This document shows, in pieces, positions 1 to 9,905 of a stretch of DNA of 64,000 bases (its first letter is position 1; every line of letters begins with the position of its first letter). Under the pieces are notes generated by a model. The model did not search any database. It saw only the letters and a list, made by a program, of their open reading frames with translations, and was not told where the DNA came from. The stretch covers positions 59,648 through 123,647 of the forward strand of contig JAUJOA010000006.1 of NCBI GenBank assembly GCA_030447875.1, given 5' to 3'. This stretch comes from Thermoleophilaceae bacterium. GTDB taxonomy: Bacteria; Actinomycetota; Thermoleophilia; Solirubrobacterales; Thermoleophilaceae. Both the position numbers and the translations under genes were made by a program.

Positions 1-363
1 GGAACTCGATTCGACCATCACGGTCGAGCCGCTCGATCAGGCCGGTCTTGTCCGCGGACAGGGTGGCGGTCGCGTCGATCGAGCCGTTGGCCAACTTGAG
101 GTAGCTGATCTCGGCGCTCTTGGCGAGCGGCCGTATCTCGCCCATTCGCTCCGCGAACGCTCCCACGAAAGCGCCGCCCGAGGCGGCCTCTGCCACGGCG
201 AACAGCGCGCCGGCATGCTGCGAGCCCACATGGTTCTTCAGGTGGTCGGCGTCCGGCAGGCGCACGACCGCCCGACCGTCCTCCACCTCCAGGAACTCGA
301 GTCCGACGTGTGTGTTGAAGGGAATGGCGCCCTGCAGGCCTGAGCGAACCGCTTCGTAGTCCA
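1..363 (-). CDS. PaaI/DUF4442-type hotdog-fold thioesterase (C-terminus lies outside the window)
   Basis: Reverse-strand ATG at 363 preceded by GGGGAGA. Translation is MDYEAVRSGLQGAIPFNTHVGLEFLEVEDGRAVVRLP...HVGSQHAGALFAVAEAASGGAF. It runs off the left edge, so it is absent from the ORF track. Confidence 0.55.
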
Positions 364-482
364 TTGGTCTCCCCTCGTCTCGAATAAGCGGCGGCGGACC
401 CTACAGGCCCCCGCCGGTCACCTTCCCCGAGCCGGCTGGGCGACCGGCGAGCGCGCGGCCGCCGGGCGCCGCCCAAGTTGGG

Positions 483-3035
483 ATGCGCTCGTACAATCCG
501 GCGATCGTCAGGCGAACCGTCGCAGGGGTCGGCTTGATCCTCACCGCCTTCGCGGTGGCGGGCGCGCCCGCGGGCGCGTTCAGCGGGGACTCGTTCAGGA
601 GGTCGGGACCGTCGGCGGGCGACCAGGGCAAGCTCCGGGCCGACGTTCAACGGGATCCGTGGCGGCTGTCCTTCCGCGACTCGCGCGGGCGTGCCGTGCT
701 GTCGGAGTTCAGGGCAACCGGCCTCGGACCGTCGGGAACGCTCGGCTTTCGCACCCCGGCCGGTTGGTTTCACGCGACGAAGGTGATCGACGACCGGCGC
801 ACGCGCAGCGCCTACCTCGCCACGCTTGCCACGACGGACCCGGCGCGTAGGCGCCTCCAGGTGAGGATCACGCGTGGCGCGCGCGGGGTCATCGAGCTGA
901 ACGCCGCCGTCACGGGAGCGACCGCGGACGTGACCGCGGTCGGCATCGGCTTCGAGGCCCGAGGCGCCGAGCGCTACCTCGGCTTCGGTGAGCGCTCCAA
1001 CGCGGTGGATCAACGCGGCAACACCGTGGAGAACTACGTCGCCGAGGGCCCGTACCAGCGGGAGGAGCGCCCGTTCGTCGCGGCCTTCGTCCCGCCGCAG
1101 GGGTTTCGCGCGCGCGACGATGCCACCTACTTCCCGATGCCGTGGCTGCTCTCGACGCGCGGCTACGGCGTGCTCGTGGACAACCTGGAGACGAGCTACT
1201 TCCGGCTAGGCACCGATCGGAGCGAGGCGTGGAGCCTCGAGGCCGAGGCGAACCAGCTGTCGATGCGCGTCTTCGCCGGACCGCGTCCGCCCGACGTGCT
1301 CGGCCGGCTGACGAAGCGCATCGGCCGCCAGCCGCGACCGGCGGCGCCGTGGTACTTCGGCCCCTGGTACCAGCCCTGGGAGGACGACGAGGCCGACGGC
1401 GGCGGCGATGGGCGCGAGGGCGCGGAGCTCCGGCAGGCCGAGCGCCTGCGCGCCGCCGACGCTCCAGCCTCGGTCGCCCAGACCTACACCCACTACCTCC
1501 CCTGCGGAGACCAGCGCGGAAATCGCGCGGCGGAGCGAAGCCGCACACGCGGCTTCCATCGGGCGGGCTTCGCCGTGACCACCTACTTCAACCCGATGAT
1601 CTGCACGGACTACCAGCCGGTCTTCGGCGAGGCTGAGCGGCGGGGGCTGCTGACGAAGGACCCGCTCGGCCAGCCCGTCAGGTACCGCTACAGCACGTCG
1701 AGCCAGTTCCTCGTCAGCCAGTTCGACTTCTCGGCGAAGGGCACCGACGACTTCTTCGGCGGCCTGCTCGGGGAGGCCGTGAGGAACGGGTATGACGGCT
1801 GGATGGAGGACTTCGGCGAGTACACGCCGATCGAGTCGCGCTCGGCGAACGGGATGAGCGGGCGCCAGATGCACAACCGCTACCCCGTCCTCTATCACCG
1901 CAGCGGCTACCGCTTCACGAAGCGCTCGTCGCGGCCACTCGGGAACTTCATTCGCTCCGGCTTCACCGGTGTGCACCCTTACGCTCGCATCGTCTGGGGC
2001 GGCGACCCGACCTCCAGCTTCGGCTTCGACGGCCTCGAGTCGGCCGTGCGAAACGGGCTCACGATGGGGCTCTCCGGCATCAGCGTCTGGGGCTCCGACA
2101 TCGGCGGCTTCTTCCAGCTGGGCCGGAACCGGCTCACGCCCGAGCTGCTCGTGCGCTGGATCGAGTTCGGCGCGGTGTCGGGAGTGATGAGGACCCAGGC
2201 CGAGGGAATCGCGATCCCGCAGAAGTCGCGCCCGCAGATCCTCGACCCGGACATCCTGCCGCACTGGAGGCGCTACGCGAAGCTGAGGACGCAGCTATAT
2301 CCGTACATCGCCGCGGCCAACGCCGAGTACCGCCGCTCCGGTCTGCCGATCATGCGCCACCTCGCCCTTACCCATCCGGGTGATCACAGGGCGCGGGCCG
2401 CCGACGACGAGTTCATGTTCGGGCCCGACCTCCTGGCGGCGCCCGTGGTCGAGCCGGGGGCGCGCAGCCGCCGCGTGTACCTACCGCGTGGAGAGTGGGT
2501 CGACCTCTGGCGCTCCGTCAAGTACCGCGAGCGCGACGGTGACGTGCGCTTGCGACGCGCGCGGGACCTCCCCGGTCGCGGGAGTACGAGGCTTGACGCG
2601 CCGCTCGGCGAGCTGCCGTTGCTGGCCCGTGCCGGTGCTGTGGTACCGATGCTGCCCGACAGCGTCGAGTCGCTCACCGACTACGGAGGCAAGGGCGGAC
2701 CGGTCACGCTGCGCGATCGGCGCCACCGCCTCGACCTGCTCGCCTTCCCACGCGGGCGCTCGAGCTCGCCGCTCGCCGGCGGGGGCAAGATCACCTCGAT
2801 CGAGCGCCGAGGGCGCTGGAAGCTCGAGATCAAGTCGGCGGAGCGGCGGCACCGGTACGACCTGCAGGCGTCGACGACGACGCTCGAGCGGCCGTTTCGG
2901 CCGTGCCGCGTGACGCTGGACGGCAGGGCGCTACCCAAGCGCGCATGGCGCTTCGACCGAGAGCAGGGGAAGCTGCTGGTGCGGTTCGCCGCACGATCGG
3001 CCCGGCTCGTGGCCAGTGAGCGGTGTAGCGGGTGA
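483..3035 (+). CDS. Secreted glycoside hydrolase family 31 (alpha-glucosidase/alpha-xylosidase-like)
   Basis: 850-aa ORF with an N-terminal hydrophobic signal-like segment. GH31-type catalytic region motifs DGWMEDFGEY and VWGSDIGGF. Confidence 0.85.
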   Translation: MRSYNPAIVRRTVAGVGLILTAFAVAGAPAGAFSGDSFRRSGPSAGDQGKLRADVQRDPWRLSFRDSRGRAVLSEFRATGLGPSGTLGFRTPAGWFHATKVIDDRRTRSAYLATLATTDPARRRLQVRITRGARGVIELNAAVTGATADVTAVGIGFEARGAERYLGFGERSNAVDQRGNTVENYVAEGPYQREERPFVAAFVPPQGFRARDDATYFPMPWLLSTRGYGVLVDNLETSYFRLGTDRSEAWSLEAEANQLSMRVFAGPRPPDVLGRLTKRIGRQPRPAAPWYFGPWYQPWEDDEADGGGDGREGAELRQAERLRAADAPASVAQTYTHYLPCGDQRGNRAAERSRTRGFHRAGFAVTTYFNPMICTDYQPVFGEAERRGLLTKDPLGQPVRYRYSTSSQFLVSQFDFSAKGTDDFFGGLLGEAVRNGYDGWMEDFGEYTPIESRSANGMSGRQMHNRYPVLYHRSGYRFTKRSSRPLGNFIRSGFTGVHPYARIVWGGDPTSSFGFDGLESAVRNGLTMGLSGISVWGSDIGGFFQLGRNRLTPELLVRWIEFGAVSGVMRTQAEGIAIPQKSRPQILDPDILPHWRRYAKLRTQLYPYIAAANAEYRRSGLPIMRHLALTHPGDHRARAADDEFMFGPDLLAAPVVEPGARSRRVYLPRGEWVDLWRSVKYRERDGDVRLRRARDLPGRGSTRLDAPLGELPLLARAGAVVPMLPDSVESLTDYGGKGGPVTLRDRRHRLDLLAFPRGRSSSPLAGGGKITSIERRGRWKLEIKSAERRHRYDLQASTTTLERPFRPCRVTLDGRALPKRAWRFDREQGKLLVRFAARSARLVASERCSG

Positions 3036-3106
3036 CGATCCTGGTTCCGCTCCGGCGGATCGGCGCGAGGGAGACCTAGATCCGTCCGAGATGCCTAGCG
3101 CTGGTT

Positions 3107-3565
3107 GTGCTGGCGGCCATCGTCGTGATGGCTGCCGGGCCCGGCAGCGCCTCAGCGAGGAGCTACCGGCCGGGGATCGACGTCTCGAATCATCAGGGCC
3201 GGATCGCGTGGTCGCGCGTTGCCCGGGACGGCGAGCAGTTCGTGTTCGCCAAGGCGACCGAGGGCGTGACCTACGACGATCCGACCTACCGCCGCAACAA
3301 GCGAGCCGCCTCGAAGCACCGGCTGAAGGTGGGCGCCTATCACTACGCTCGGCCAGGAGGCGGCGGACCGCGCGCGCGCCGGGCCGACGCCCGTTCGGAG
3401 GCGAAGCACTTCCTGTCGGAGGCGAACCTTCACGGCGGGAACCTGCTGCCCGTGCTCGCCGCCGCCGCTCAAGGGCCCGCTCGACGACGTGCTCGACGGG
3501 CTGCTCCCCAAGCGACAGCCCTAGCCAAGTCACCGCCGGGAACCCGGCGCCGTGCGGCTACTTGA
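3107..3565 (+). pseudogene. GH25 muramidase (lysozyme), N-terminal remnant only
   Basis: PGIDVSNHQGRIAWSRVARDGEQFVFAKATEGVTYDDPTYRRN...GAYHYARP is the GH25 N-terminal half. Similarity stops right after LLPVL, where the D-x-E catalytic motif is expected. The ORF tail is Ala/Arg-rich and overlaps the stop of the convergent carboxylase gene. Confidence 0.5.
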
Positions 3566-5333
3566 TGACCGCGATCGTGTCGCCCGAGGAAACGGACGCT
3601 CCCTCGGACACCGACAGCTCCTCCACCCTCCCCGAGCGGTGCGCCGTGATCTCGTTCTCCATCTTCATCGCCTCGATCACGCAGATCAGCGCGCCCTCCT
3701 CGACGTCGGCACCCTTCTGCGTGGCCACCCGCAGGATCGATCCCTGGAGCGGCGAGACCAGCGCCTCGGCGTTGGCGCCGCCTCCGGCGCGGGCTCGCTC
3801 GCGCCGCTTCGGCGGCTGGCGGCCGGGCCCCGCGCCCGGTCCGGCCCCGTTTGCGCCCGCCCCTGCCGCCGCGCCGATCACCTTGACGTCGAACCGGCGC
3901 CCCGAGACCTCGACCGCGTACTCGCGCTCGAGCTTCGCCTCGTCGGCGTCCTCGCCGGCCGGCGGCGCGACCTTCGCCGGGGCCAGCCCCTTGAGCCATT
4001 TCTTGTCCTCCACGAGATCGCGGCACGTCTCGCCGGCGCGCCACTGGTCCGTGTCGAGCAGCGCCAGGTGAAACGGCACGAGCGTGCGCAGACCGCCGAT
4101 CTCGAACTCCTGCAGCGCCCGCAGCATCCGCCGCGTCGACGCCTCGCGGTCGACGTCCCACACGATCAGCTTGGCGACCATGGGGTCGTAGAGCGGCGAG
4201 ATCTCGGACCCGGCCTCCACACCCGAGTCGACGCGCACGCCGGGCCCGCTCGGCTCGACGTAGGAGGCGATGGAGCCGGGCGCCGGTGCGAAGTTTTTCG
4301 AGGCGTCCTCGGCATTGATCCGGCATTCGATGGCGTGACCGCGGATCTCCACGTCGTCCTGCGTGAAGGACAGCGGCTCGCCCGAGGCGATCCGCAGCTG
4401 CTCGCGAACGATGTCCACGCCGGTGATCATCTCGGTCACGCAGTGCTCGACCTGCACGCGTGTGTTCATCTCGAGGAAGAAGTACTCGCCGTCCTGCAGG
4501 AGCCCCTCGATCGTGCCGGCGGACCGGTAGCCCACCGCTCGAGCGGCCTCCGTGCCGATCGCCCCGATGCGCTCGCGCAGCTCGGGGTCGACGGCCGGGG
4601 CCGGGCTCTCCTCGATGAGCTTCTGGTGGCGGCGCTGGACCGAGCAGTCGCGCTCGAAGAGGTGGACGACGCTGCCGTGGGAATCGGCCAGTACCTGGAC
4701 CTCGACGTGACGCGGGTCCGGCAGGTAGCGCTCGAGGTAGACCGTCGCGTCCGAGAAGAACTTCTCGCCCTCGCGGGCGGCGCCCTCGAACGCCTTCTCG
4801 AGCTCGTCCTCGGACTCGGCCACGCGAAAGCCCTTGCCGCCCCCGCCGCCGGCCGCCTTGATCGCCACCGGGTAGCCGACGGTGGCTTCGATCACCTTGC
4901 GGGCGTCTTCGACCGTCGCCACGGGATCGGTCGTGCCCGGCACGATGGGGACGCCGGCTTCCTGCATCAGCTCGCGCGCGCGGGTCTTCGAGCCCATCGC
5001 GTCGATCGCCTCGGGCGGCGGTCCGACGAACGTGACGCCGGCCTTCGCGCACGCGCGCGCGAAATCGGCGTTCTCGGCGAGGAAGCCGTAGCCGGGATGG
5101 ATCGCCTCGGCGCCCGCACGCTCCGCCGCGTCGAGGATCCGCTCGACCACGAGGTAGCTCTCGGACGCCGGCCCCGGCCCCAGTAGGTAGGCCTCGTCCG
5201 CGCGGCGGACGTGGGGAGCGTCGCGGTCGGGCTCCGAGTAGACGGCGACCGTTCCGACGCCCAGCTCCTCGAGCGTGCGCATCACGCGTATCGCGATCTC
5301 GCCGCGGTTTGCCACCAGGACCTTTGAGAACAC
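3558..5333 (-). CDS. accA: Acetyl/propionyl-CoA carboxylase alpha subunit (biotin carboxylase fused to a biotin carboxyl carrier domain)
   Basis: 591 aa. N-terminus is MFSKVLVANRGEIAIRVMRT (biotin carboxylase). C-terminus carries the biotinylation motif CVIEAMKMENEI. Confidence 0.9.
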   Translation of the reverse strand: MFSKVLVANRGEIAIRVMRTLEELGVGTVAVYSEPDRDAPHVRRADEAYLLGPGPASESYLVVERILDAAERAGAEAIHPGYGFLAENADFARACAKAGVTFVGPPPEAIDAMGSKTRARELMQEAGVPIVPGTTDPVATVEDARKVIEATVGYPVAIKAAGGGGGKGFRVAESEDELEKAFEGAAREGEKFFSDATVYLERYLPDPRHVEVQVLADSHGSVVHLFERDCSVQRRHQKLIEESPAPAVDPELRERIGAIGTEAARAVGYRSAGTIEGLLQDGEYFFLEMNTRVQVEHCVTEMITGVDIVREQLRIASGEPLSFTQDDVEIRGHAIECRINAEDASKNFAPAPGSIASYVEPSGPGVRVDSGVEAGSEISPLYDPMVAKLIVWDVDREASTRRMLRALQEFEIGGLRTLVPFHLALLDTDQWRAGETCRDLVEDKKWLKGLAPAKVAPPAGEDADEAKLEREYAVEVSGRRFDVKVIGAAAGAGANGAGPGAGPGRQPPKRRERARAGGGANAEALVSPLQGSILRVATQKGADVEEGALICVIEAMKMENEITAHRSGRVEELSVSEGASVSSGDTIAVIK

Positions 5334-5499
5334 GGCGAGGAGCTTAGTCGGGCCGGCGTCGAGGGCGGTCGCGCGCTACGAGCGGTTGTCGATCGCACGG
5401 CTTGCCGCGCGCGCGAGGCGCGCGTCCATCGTCAAGAGCGAGCCGTTTTCCTCGATGGCGACCGCAAGTGACAGCGCGTCCGGGAGTCGAGCGAGGCCG

Positions 5500-6444
5500 C
5501 TAGTCCGCCCGACCGAGGGTTGCCGCCTCGGCGTCCGGGACCACCGTGTCCGCGTCCTCGCGCGCCACGCGGTCCCGGAAGCGCTCCCAAAGGATCACCG
5601 CCCCGAGGACCACCGGCACGGCGCCGATCACGACCGGCGGTATCGGAGCCCCCGCCTTGGAGGCCAGCCCGAGGCCCGCTCCGACCAGCACCACTCCGAG
5701 GACGGTTCGAAGCGTGCCCGCGGGAAGGCGAACCGAGAGGTGGCTGCCGATCCAGACCCCGGGGACCGATCCGAGGAGGATCGTGCCCGCGAGGGCGTAG
5801 TCGACGTTTCCGGCCACGATGTGGGCCGCGGCGGCCGCCCACAGCAGGATGGCGGCATGGAAGACGTCGGTTCCCACGACCCGCTGGGGAACGAGCCGGA
5901 AGTAGAGGATGAGCGCTAGCGCGATCAGCGCGCCACTGCCGGCGGAGGTCACGCCCAGCATGAAGCCGACGAAGATGCCGATGCAGATGGCCGCCGTCTT
6001 CGAGCGCATGGCCAGCGTGACCGTCTCGCGCTCCTTGAGGACCAGCTGCTTCAGGAAGATCGCCCGGATCAGGGTGATGGCGCCCGTGAGGAGGATCGCC
6101 CCCGCCAGCACCGCGATCAAGATCGGCTCGAAGTCCGAGCCGTACCTGTCCTCGAGCCAGCTCAGCGCGATCACCCCACCGATCGCGGCGGGCACCGAGC
6201 CGAACGCCATCCAGGTCGAGAGCTTGAAGTCCACCGTCTGCTGACGCCAGTGCTTGAAGCCGCCGACGGTCTTCGTCACCGCACCGTAGGCGAGGTCGGT
6301 GCCGACCGCCGTGACGGGTGGCGTGCCGACGACAAGGATCAGCAGCGGAGTCATCAGCGAGCCGCCGCCGATGCCGGTCATGCCGACGAGAATGCCCACT
6401 CCCAGGCCGAACGCGACGATGACGACGGGGCTCACGTCGGTCAT
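5500..6444 (-). CDS. TauE/SafE-family sulfite/anion exporter (TSUP membrane protein)
   Basis: 314-aa polytopic membrane protein beginning VVIVAFGLGVGILVGMTGIGGGSLMTPLLILVVG. GGAGAAAG Shine-Dalgarno upstream of the ATG at 6444. Confidence 0.75.
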   Translation of the reverse strand: MTDVSPVVIVAFGLGVGILVGMTGIGGGSLMTPLLILVVGTPPVTAVGTDLAYGAVTKTVGGFKHWRQQTVDFKLSTWMAFGSVPAAIGGVIALSWLEDRYGSDFEPILIAVLAGAILLTGAITLIRAIFLKQLVLKERETVTLAMRSKTAAICIGIFVGFMLGVTSAGSGALIALALILYFRLVPQRVVGTDVFHAAILLWAAAAAHIVAGNVDYALAGTILLGSVPGVWIGSHLSVRLPAGTLRTVLGVVLVGAGLGLASKAGAPIPPVVIGAVPVVLGAVILWERFRDRVAREDADTVVPDAEAATLGRAD

Positions 6445-6553
6445 CTAACTTTCTCCATTGAGTAAATGGGAAACATCGGCGCGGGACCATAGCAAGCCCG
6501 GCGGAGGCGACTCCAATGCCACCGCCTTCGGTCTGGCCACGCTCTACGGGACA

Positions 6554-7012
6554 ATGGCCCTCGTGAGGGTCTCCGCGAAGGCCGACTACGCCGTCCGGGC
6601 CGCCGTGGAGCTCGCCGCGGCAGGCCCCGGGCCACTCAAGGGGGATCGAATCTCGAAGGCTCAGGACATACCGCTCAAGTTCCTGGAGAACATCCTGCTC
6701 GACCTCAAGCAGGCCGGGGTGGTCCGCAGCCAGCGCGGTCCGGAGGGCGGCTACTGGCTGGCGCGGCCGGCCGACAGCGTCAAGGTGGCCGATGTGATTC
6801 GCGCCGTGGAGGGGCCGCTCGCGACTGTCCGGGGAGAGCGCGCCGAAGAGCTCGCCTATCATGGCGTCGCCGAGCCGTTGCAGCCGATGTGGGTCGCCGT
6901 GCGGGCCAGTCTGCGGTCGGTCCTCGAGTCCGTCTCCCTGGCCGATATCGTGAAGGGCTCGCTGCCGAAGCCGGTGCCTCAGCTGACGCGCGATCCCGAG
7001 GCGTGGCACTGA
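6554..7012 (+). CDS. Rrf2-family transcriptional regulator (CymR/IscR-like)
   Basis: MALVRVSAKADYAVRAAVELA...IPLKFLENILLDLKQAGVVRSQRGPEGGYWLARP is a canonical Rrf2 winged helix. I chose the start at the internal ATG 6554 rather than the ORF-track start 6458. Confidence 0.8.
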   Translation: MALVRVSAKADYAVRAAVELAAAGPGPLKGDRISKAQDIPLKFLENILLDLKQAGVVRSQRGPEGGYWLARPADSVKVADVIRAVEGPLATVRGERAEELAYHGVAEPLQPMWVAVRASLRSVLESVSLADIVKGSLPKPVPQLTRDPEAWH

Positions 7013-7038
7013 CCGCTATCCCCCTGAGCGACTGACAC

Positions 7039-7944
7039 ATGGCATACGAGGTCACCCAGCTCCAAGAGCTCGAGTCCGAGTCGATCCACATCATGCGCGA
7101 GGTCGCGGCCGAGCTGGAGCGCCCGGTGCTCCTGTTCTCGGGCGGAAAGGACTCGATCACGCTGCTCCGCCTGGCGGAGAAGGCGTTCTGGCCGGGCAGG
7201 ATCCCCTTCCCCGTGATGCACGTGGACACGGGCCACAACTTCCCCGAGGTGATCGAGTTTCGCGACAAGCGCGTGGCCGAGCTCGGAGCTCGACTGATCG
7301 TGGCCTCCGTCCAGGAGTCGATCGACAAGGGCCGGGCGGTAGAGGAGACGGGTCCGCGCGCCTCGCGTAACCGGCTCCAGACGGTCACGCTGCTCGACGC
7401 CATCGAGGAGCACGGATTCGACGCCGCCTTCGGCGGTGCCCGCCGCGACGAGGAGCGCGCCCGGGCGAAGGAGCGCGTCTTCTCCTTCAGGGACGACTTC
7501 GGCCAGTGGGACCCCAAGAGTCAGCGCCCCGAGCTCTGGAACCTCTACAACGGCAAGATCCGCAAGGGCGAGCACGTCCGCGTGTTCCCGCTCTCCAACT
7601 GGACCGAGCTCGACATCTGGCAGTACATCGCGAACGAGCGGCTCGAGATCCCGCCGATCTACTTCAGCCACAAGCGCGACGTCTTCAAGCGCGACGGCAT
7701 GCTCTACGCGGTCAGCGACCACGTCGAGCTGATGGACGGCGAGACGCCGTTCGAGGCCTCGGTCCGCTACCGCACCGTGGGCGACATGAGCTGCACCGGG
7801 GCCGTCCAGTCCGAGGCCCACAGCCTCGAGGACGTGGTCGCCGAGATCGCCGCGTCGCGGATCACCGAGCGCGGCGAGACGCGCGCCGATGACCGCGCAA
7901 CCGAAGCCGCGATGGAGGATCGCAAGCGGGAGGGCTACTTCTAG
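7039..7944 (+). CDS. cysD: Sulfate adenylyltransferase subunit 2
   Basis: 301 aa. ESESIHIMREVAAELERPVLLFSGGKDSITLL is the PAPS-reductase-fold PP-loop typical of CysD. The stop overlaps the start of the next gene. Confidence 0.92.
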   Translation: MAYEVTQLQELESESIHIMREVAAELERPVLLFSGGKDSITLLRLAEKAFWPGRIPFPVMHVDTGHNFPEVIEFRDKRVAELGARLIVASVQESIDKGRAVEETGPRASRNRLQTVTLLDAIEEHGFDAAFGGARRDEERARAKERVFSFRDDFGQWDPKSQRPELWNLYNGKIRKGEHVRVFPLSNWTELDIWQYIANERLEIPPIYFSHKRDVFKRDGMLYAVSDHVELMDGETPFEASVRYRTVGDMSCTGAVQSEAHSLEDVVAEIAASRITERGETRADDRATEAAMEDRKREGYF

Positions 7945-9251
7945 TGGCTCCGGGCGCCGGCGGCAACGGCCGGTTGGACTCCTCGATCTACGGGCCCTCC
8001 GATCTGCTGCGCTTCGCCACGGCGGGCTCGGTGGACGACGGCAAGAGCACGCTGATCGGCCGCCTGCTCTACGACTCGAAGCAGATCTTCGAGGACCAGA
8101 TCGAGGCCGTCGAGCGCACGAGCCACGAGCGCGGCGACGACTACGTGGACCTCGCGCTCCTGACCGACGGCCTGCGCGCCGAGCGGGAGCAGGGCATCAC
8201 GATCGACGTGGCCTACCGCTACTTCGCCACCCCGCGCCGCAAGTTCATCATCGCCGACACGCCCGGGCACATCCAGTACACGCGCAACATGGTCACCGGA
8301 GCGTCCACGTCGGACCTCTCGATCATCCTGATCGACGCCCGCAAGGGAGTGGTCGAGCAGTCGCGCCGCCATGCCTTCATCGCGTCGCTCCTGCGGATCC
8401 CGCACCTGCTCGTGGCGGTGAACAAGATGGACCTCGTGGACTACGACGAGGCGGTCTACGAGCAGATCGTGCACGACTTCTCGAGCTGGGCCACGAAGCT
8501 CGACGTGCCCGACATCTCGTTCGTTCCGATCTCCGCCCTGCACGGGGAGAACGTCGTTACGCGCTCGGAGAAGATGGAGTGGGACGAGGGCGCGTCGCTC
8601 CTCTATCGGCTCGAGCACGTCCACATCGGGTCCGATCGCAACCTGATCGACAACCGCTTTCCGGTCCAATGGGTCATCCGCCCGAAGAGCGACCAGTACC
8701 ACGACTACCGCGGGTACGCGGGCCAGGTGGCTAGCGGCGTCTTCAAGGAGGGCGACGACGTGATCGTGCTGCCGTCGGAGCGCAAGACGCGGATCAAGCG
8801 GATCGAGACCTATGACGGTCCGCTCGAGGAGGCCTACCCGCCGCTGTCGGTCACGATGCTGCTCGAGGACGACGTGGACATCTCGCGCGGGGACTTCATC
8901 TGCCGCGCGCACAACCACCCGACGCCCACGCGCGACGTCGAGGCGATGGTCTGCTGGATGAGCGACAAGGAGCTACAGGCGGGCGGCCGCTACGCGATCA
9001 AGCACACCACGCGGAGCGCGCGCGCGGTGGTGCAGGACCTTCGCTACCGGATCGACGTGAACACCCTGCACCGCCACGAGGAGGCGGCCACGCTCGGGCT
9101 CAACGAGATCGGACGGCTGCACCTGCGGACCAGCGCGCCGCTACTGATCGACGAGTACAAGCAGAACCGCATGACCGGCGCCTTCATCCTGATCGACGAG
9201 GGCACGAACGACACCGTCGGTGCCGGGATGATCCTCGGCACCGAGCAGTGA
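7944..9251 (+). CDS. cysN: Sulfate adenylyltransferase subunit 1 (GTPase)
   Basis: 435 aa. G-domain motifs GSVDDGKSTLIGRLL, DTPGH and NKMD. Sits directly downstream of cysD. Confidence 0.92.
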   Translation: MAPGAGGNGRLDSSIYGPSDLLRFATAGSVDDGKSTLIGRLLYDSKQIFEDQIEAVERTSHERGDDYVDLALLTDGLRAEREQGITIDVAYRYFATPRRKFIIADTPGHIQYTRNMVTGASTSDLSIILIDARKGVVEQSRRHAFIASLLRIPHLLVAVNKMDLVDYDEAVYEQIVHDFSSWATKLDVPDISFVPISALHGENVVTRSEKMEWDEGASLLYRLEHVHIGSDRNLIDNRFPVQWVIRPKSDQYHDYRGYAGQVASGVFKEGDDVIVLPSERKTRIKRIETYDGPLEEAYPPLSVTMLLEDDVDISRGDFICRAHNHPTPTRDVEAMVCWMSDKELQAGGRYAIKHTTRSARAVVQDLRYRIDVNTLHRHEEAATLGLNEIGRLHLRTSAPLLIDEYKQNRMTGAFILIDEGTNDTVGAGMILGTEQ

Positions 9252-9883
9252 CCGGCGCGGCGGGCGAGCGCCGCTCCGGGCAGACGAGCCCGAACGTCAC
9301 CTGGCACGCGGGGCTCACGCGCGAGCGGCGGTGGAAGGCGCTCGGAGGTGGCGGCGCGACGGTCTGGTTCACGGGCCTGTCGGGCTCCGGGAAGTCGACG
9401 ATCGCAGCGGCGGTGGAGGAACGGCTCATGGCCGAGGGCCGGCCCGCCTACATGCTGGACGGCGACAACCTGCGCCACGGTCTGAACGGCAACCTCGGCT
9501 TCTCCGACGACGACCGGCGCGAGAACATGCGCCGCACGGCGCACGTGGCGCGGCTGTTCGCGGACGCGGGCGTGGTCGCGCTCGTAAGCCTCGTGAGCCC
9601 GTTCCGGGAGGATCGCGACCGGGCGCGCGCGCTCCACGACGAGGAGGGGCTGCCCTTCGTCGAGGTCTGGGTCTCGACGTCGCCCGAGGAGTGCGAACGG
9701 CGCGATCCGAAGGGGCTGTGGGCACGGGCACGCCGCGGCGAGCTGAAGGGGATGACGGGGCTCGACGCGCCGTACGAAGCGCCGGAGCGACCGGAGCTGG
9801 AGCTCCGCGGGGACGCTTCAGTGGCCGATTCGGTCGAGCGAATAGTCCACCTGCTGCTCCCGGGACCAAGCACACCGGCGTAG
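9248..9883 (+). CDS. cysC: Adenylylsulfate (APS) kinase
   Basis: 211 aa. P-loop GLSGSGKSTIA followed by LDGDNLRHGLN. Overlaps the cysN stop by 4 nt. Confidence 0.9.
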   Translation: MTGAAGERRSGQTSPNVTWHAGLTRERRWKALGGGGATVWFTGLSGSGKSTIAAAVEERLMAEGRPAYMLDGDNLRHGLNGNLGFSDDDRRENMRRTAHVARLFADAGVVALVSLVSPFREDRDRARALHDEEGLPFVEVWVSTSPEECERRDPKGLWARARRGELKGMTGLDAPYEAPERPELELRGDASVADSVERIVHLLLPGPSTPA

Positions 9884-9905
9884 CGGATCCGAGCGCCTGC
9901 CCGGG

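Noticed and set aside
18-1013. 331-aa reverse ORF overlapping the thioesterase start, the intergenic region and the GH31 5-prime end
   Set aside because: The composition is Arg/Pro/Gly/Ala-rich shadow-frame sequence. It crosses a clear divergent intergenic region with two good Shine-Dalgarno/start pairs, and it resembles no known family.
3469-5186. Long alternative-frame ORFs (3469..5052 reverse, 527 aa; 3552..5186 forward, 544 aa) over the carboxylase gene
   Set aside because: They overlap an unambiguous biotin carboxylase/BCCP frame. Their translations are Arg/Gly/Pro-rich or antisense-like. This is typical of stop-codon-poor high-GC DNA.
5432-7009. 525-aa reverse ORF spanning tauE, the intergenic region and the Rrf2 gene
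   Set aside because: It is a shadow frame with Arg/Gly/Pro-rich translation. It runs antisense through the Rrf2 gene and in a second frame through tauE.
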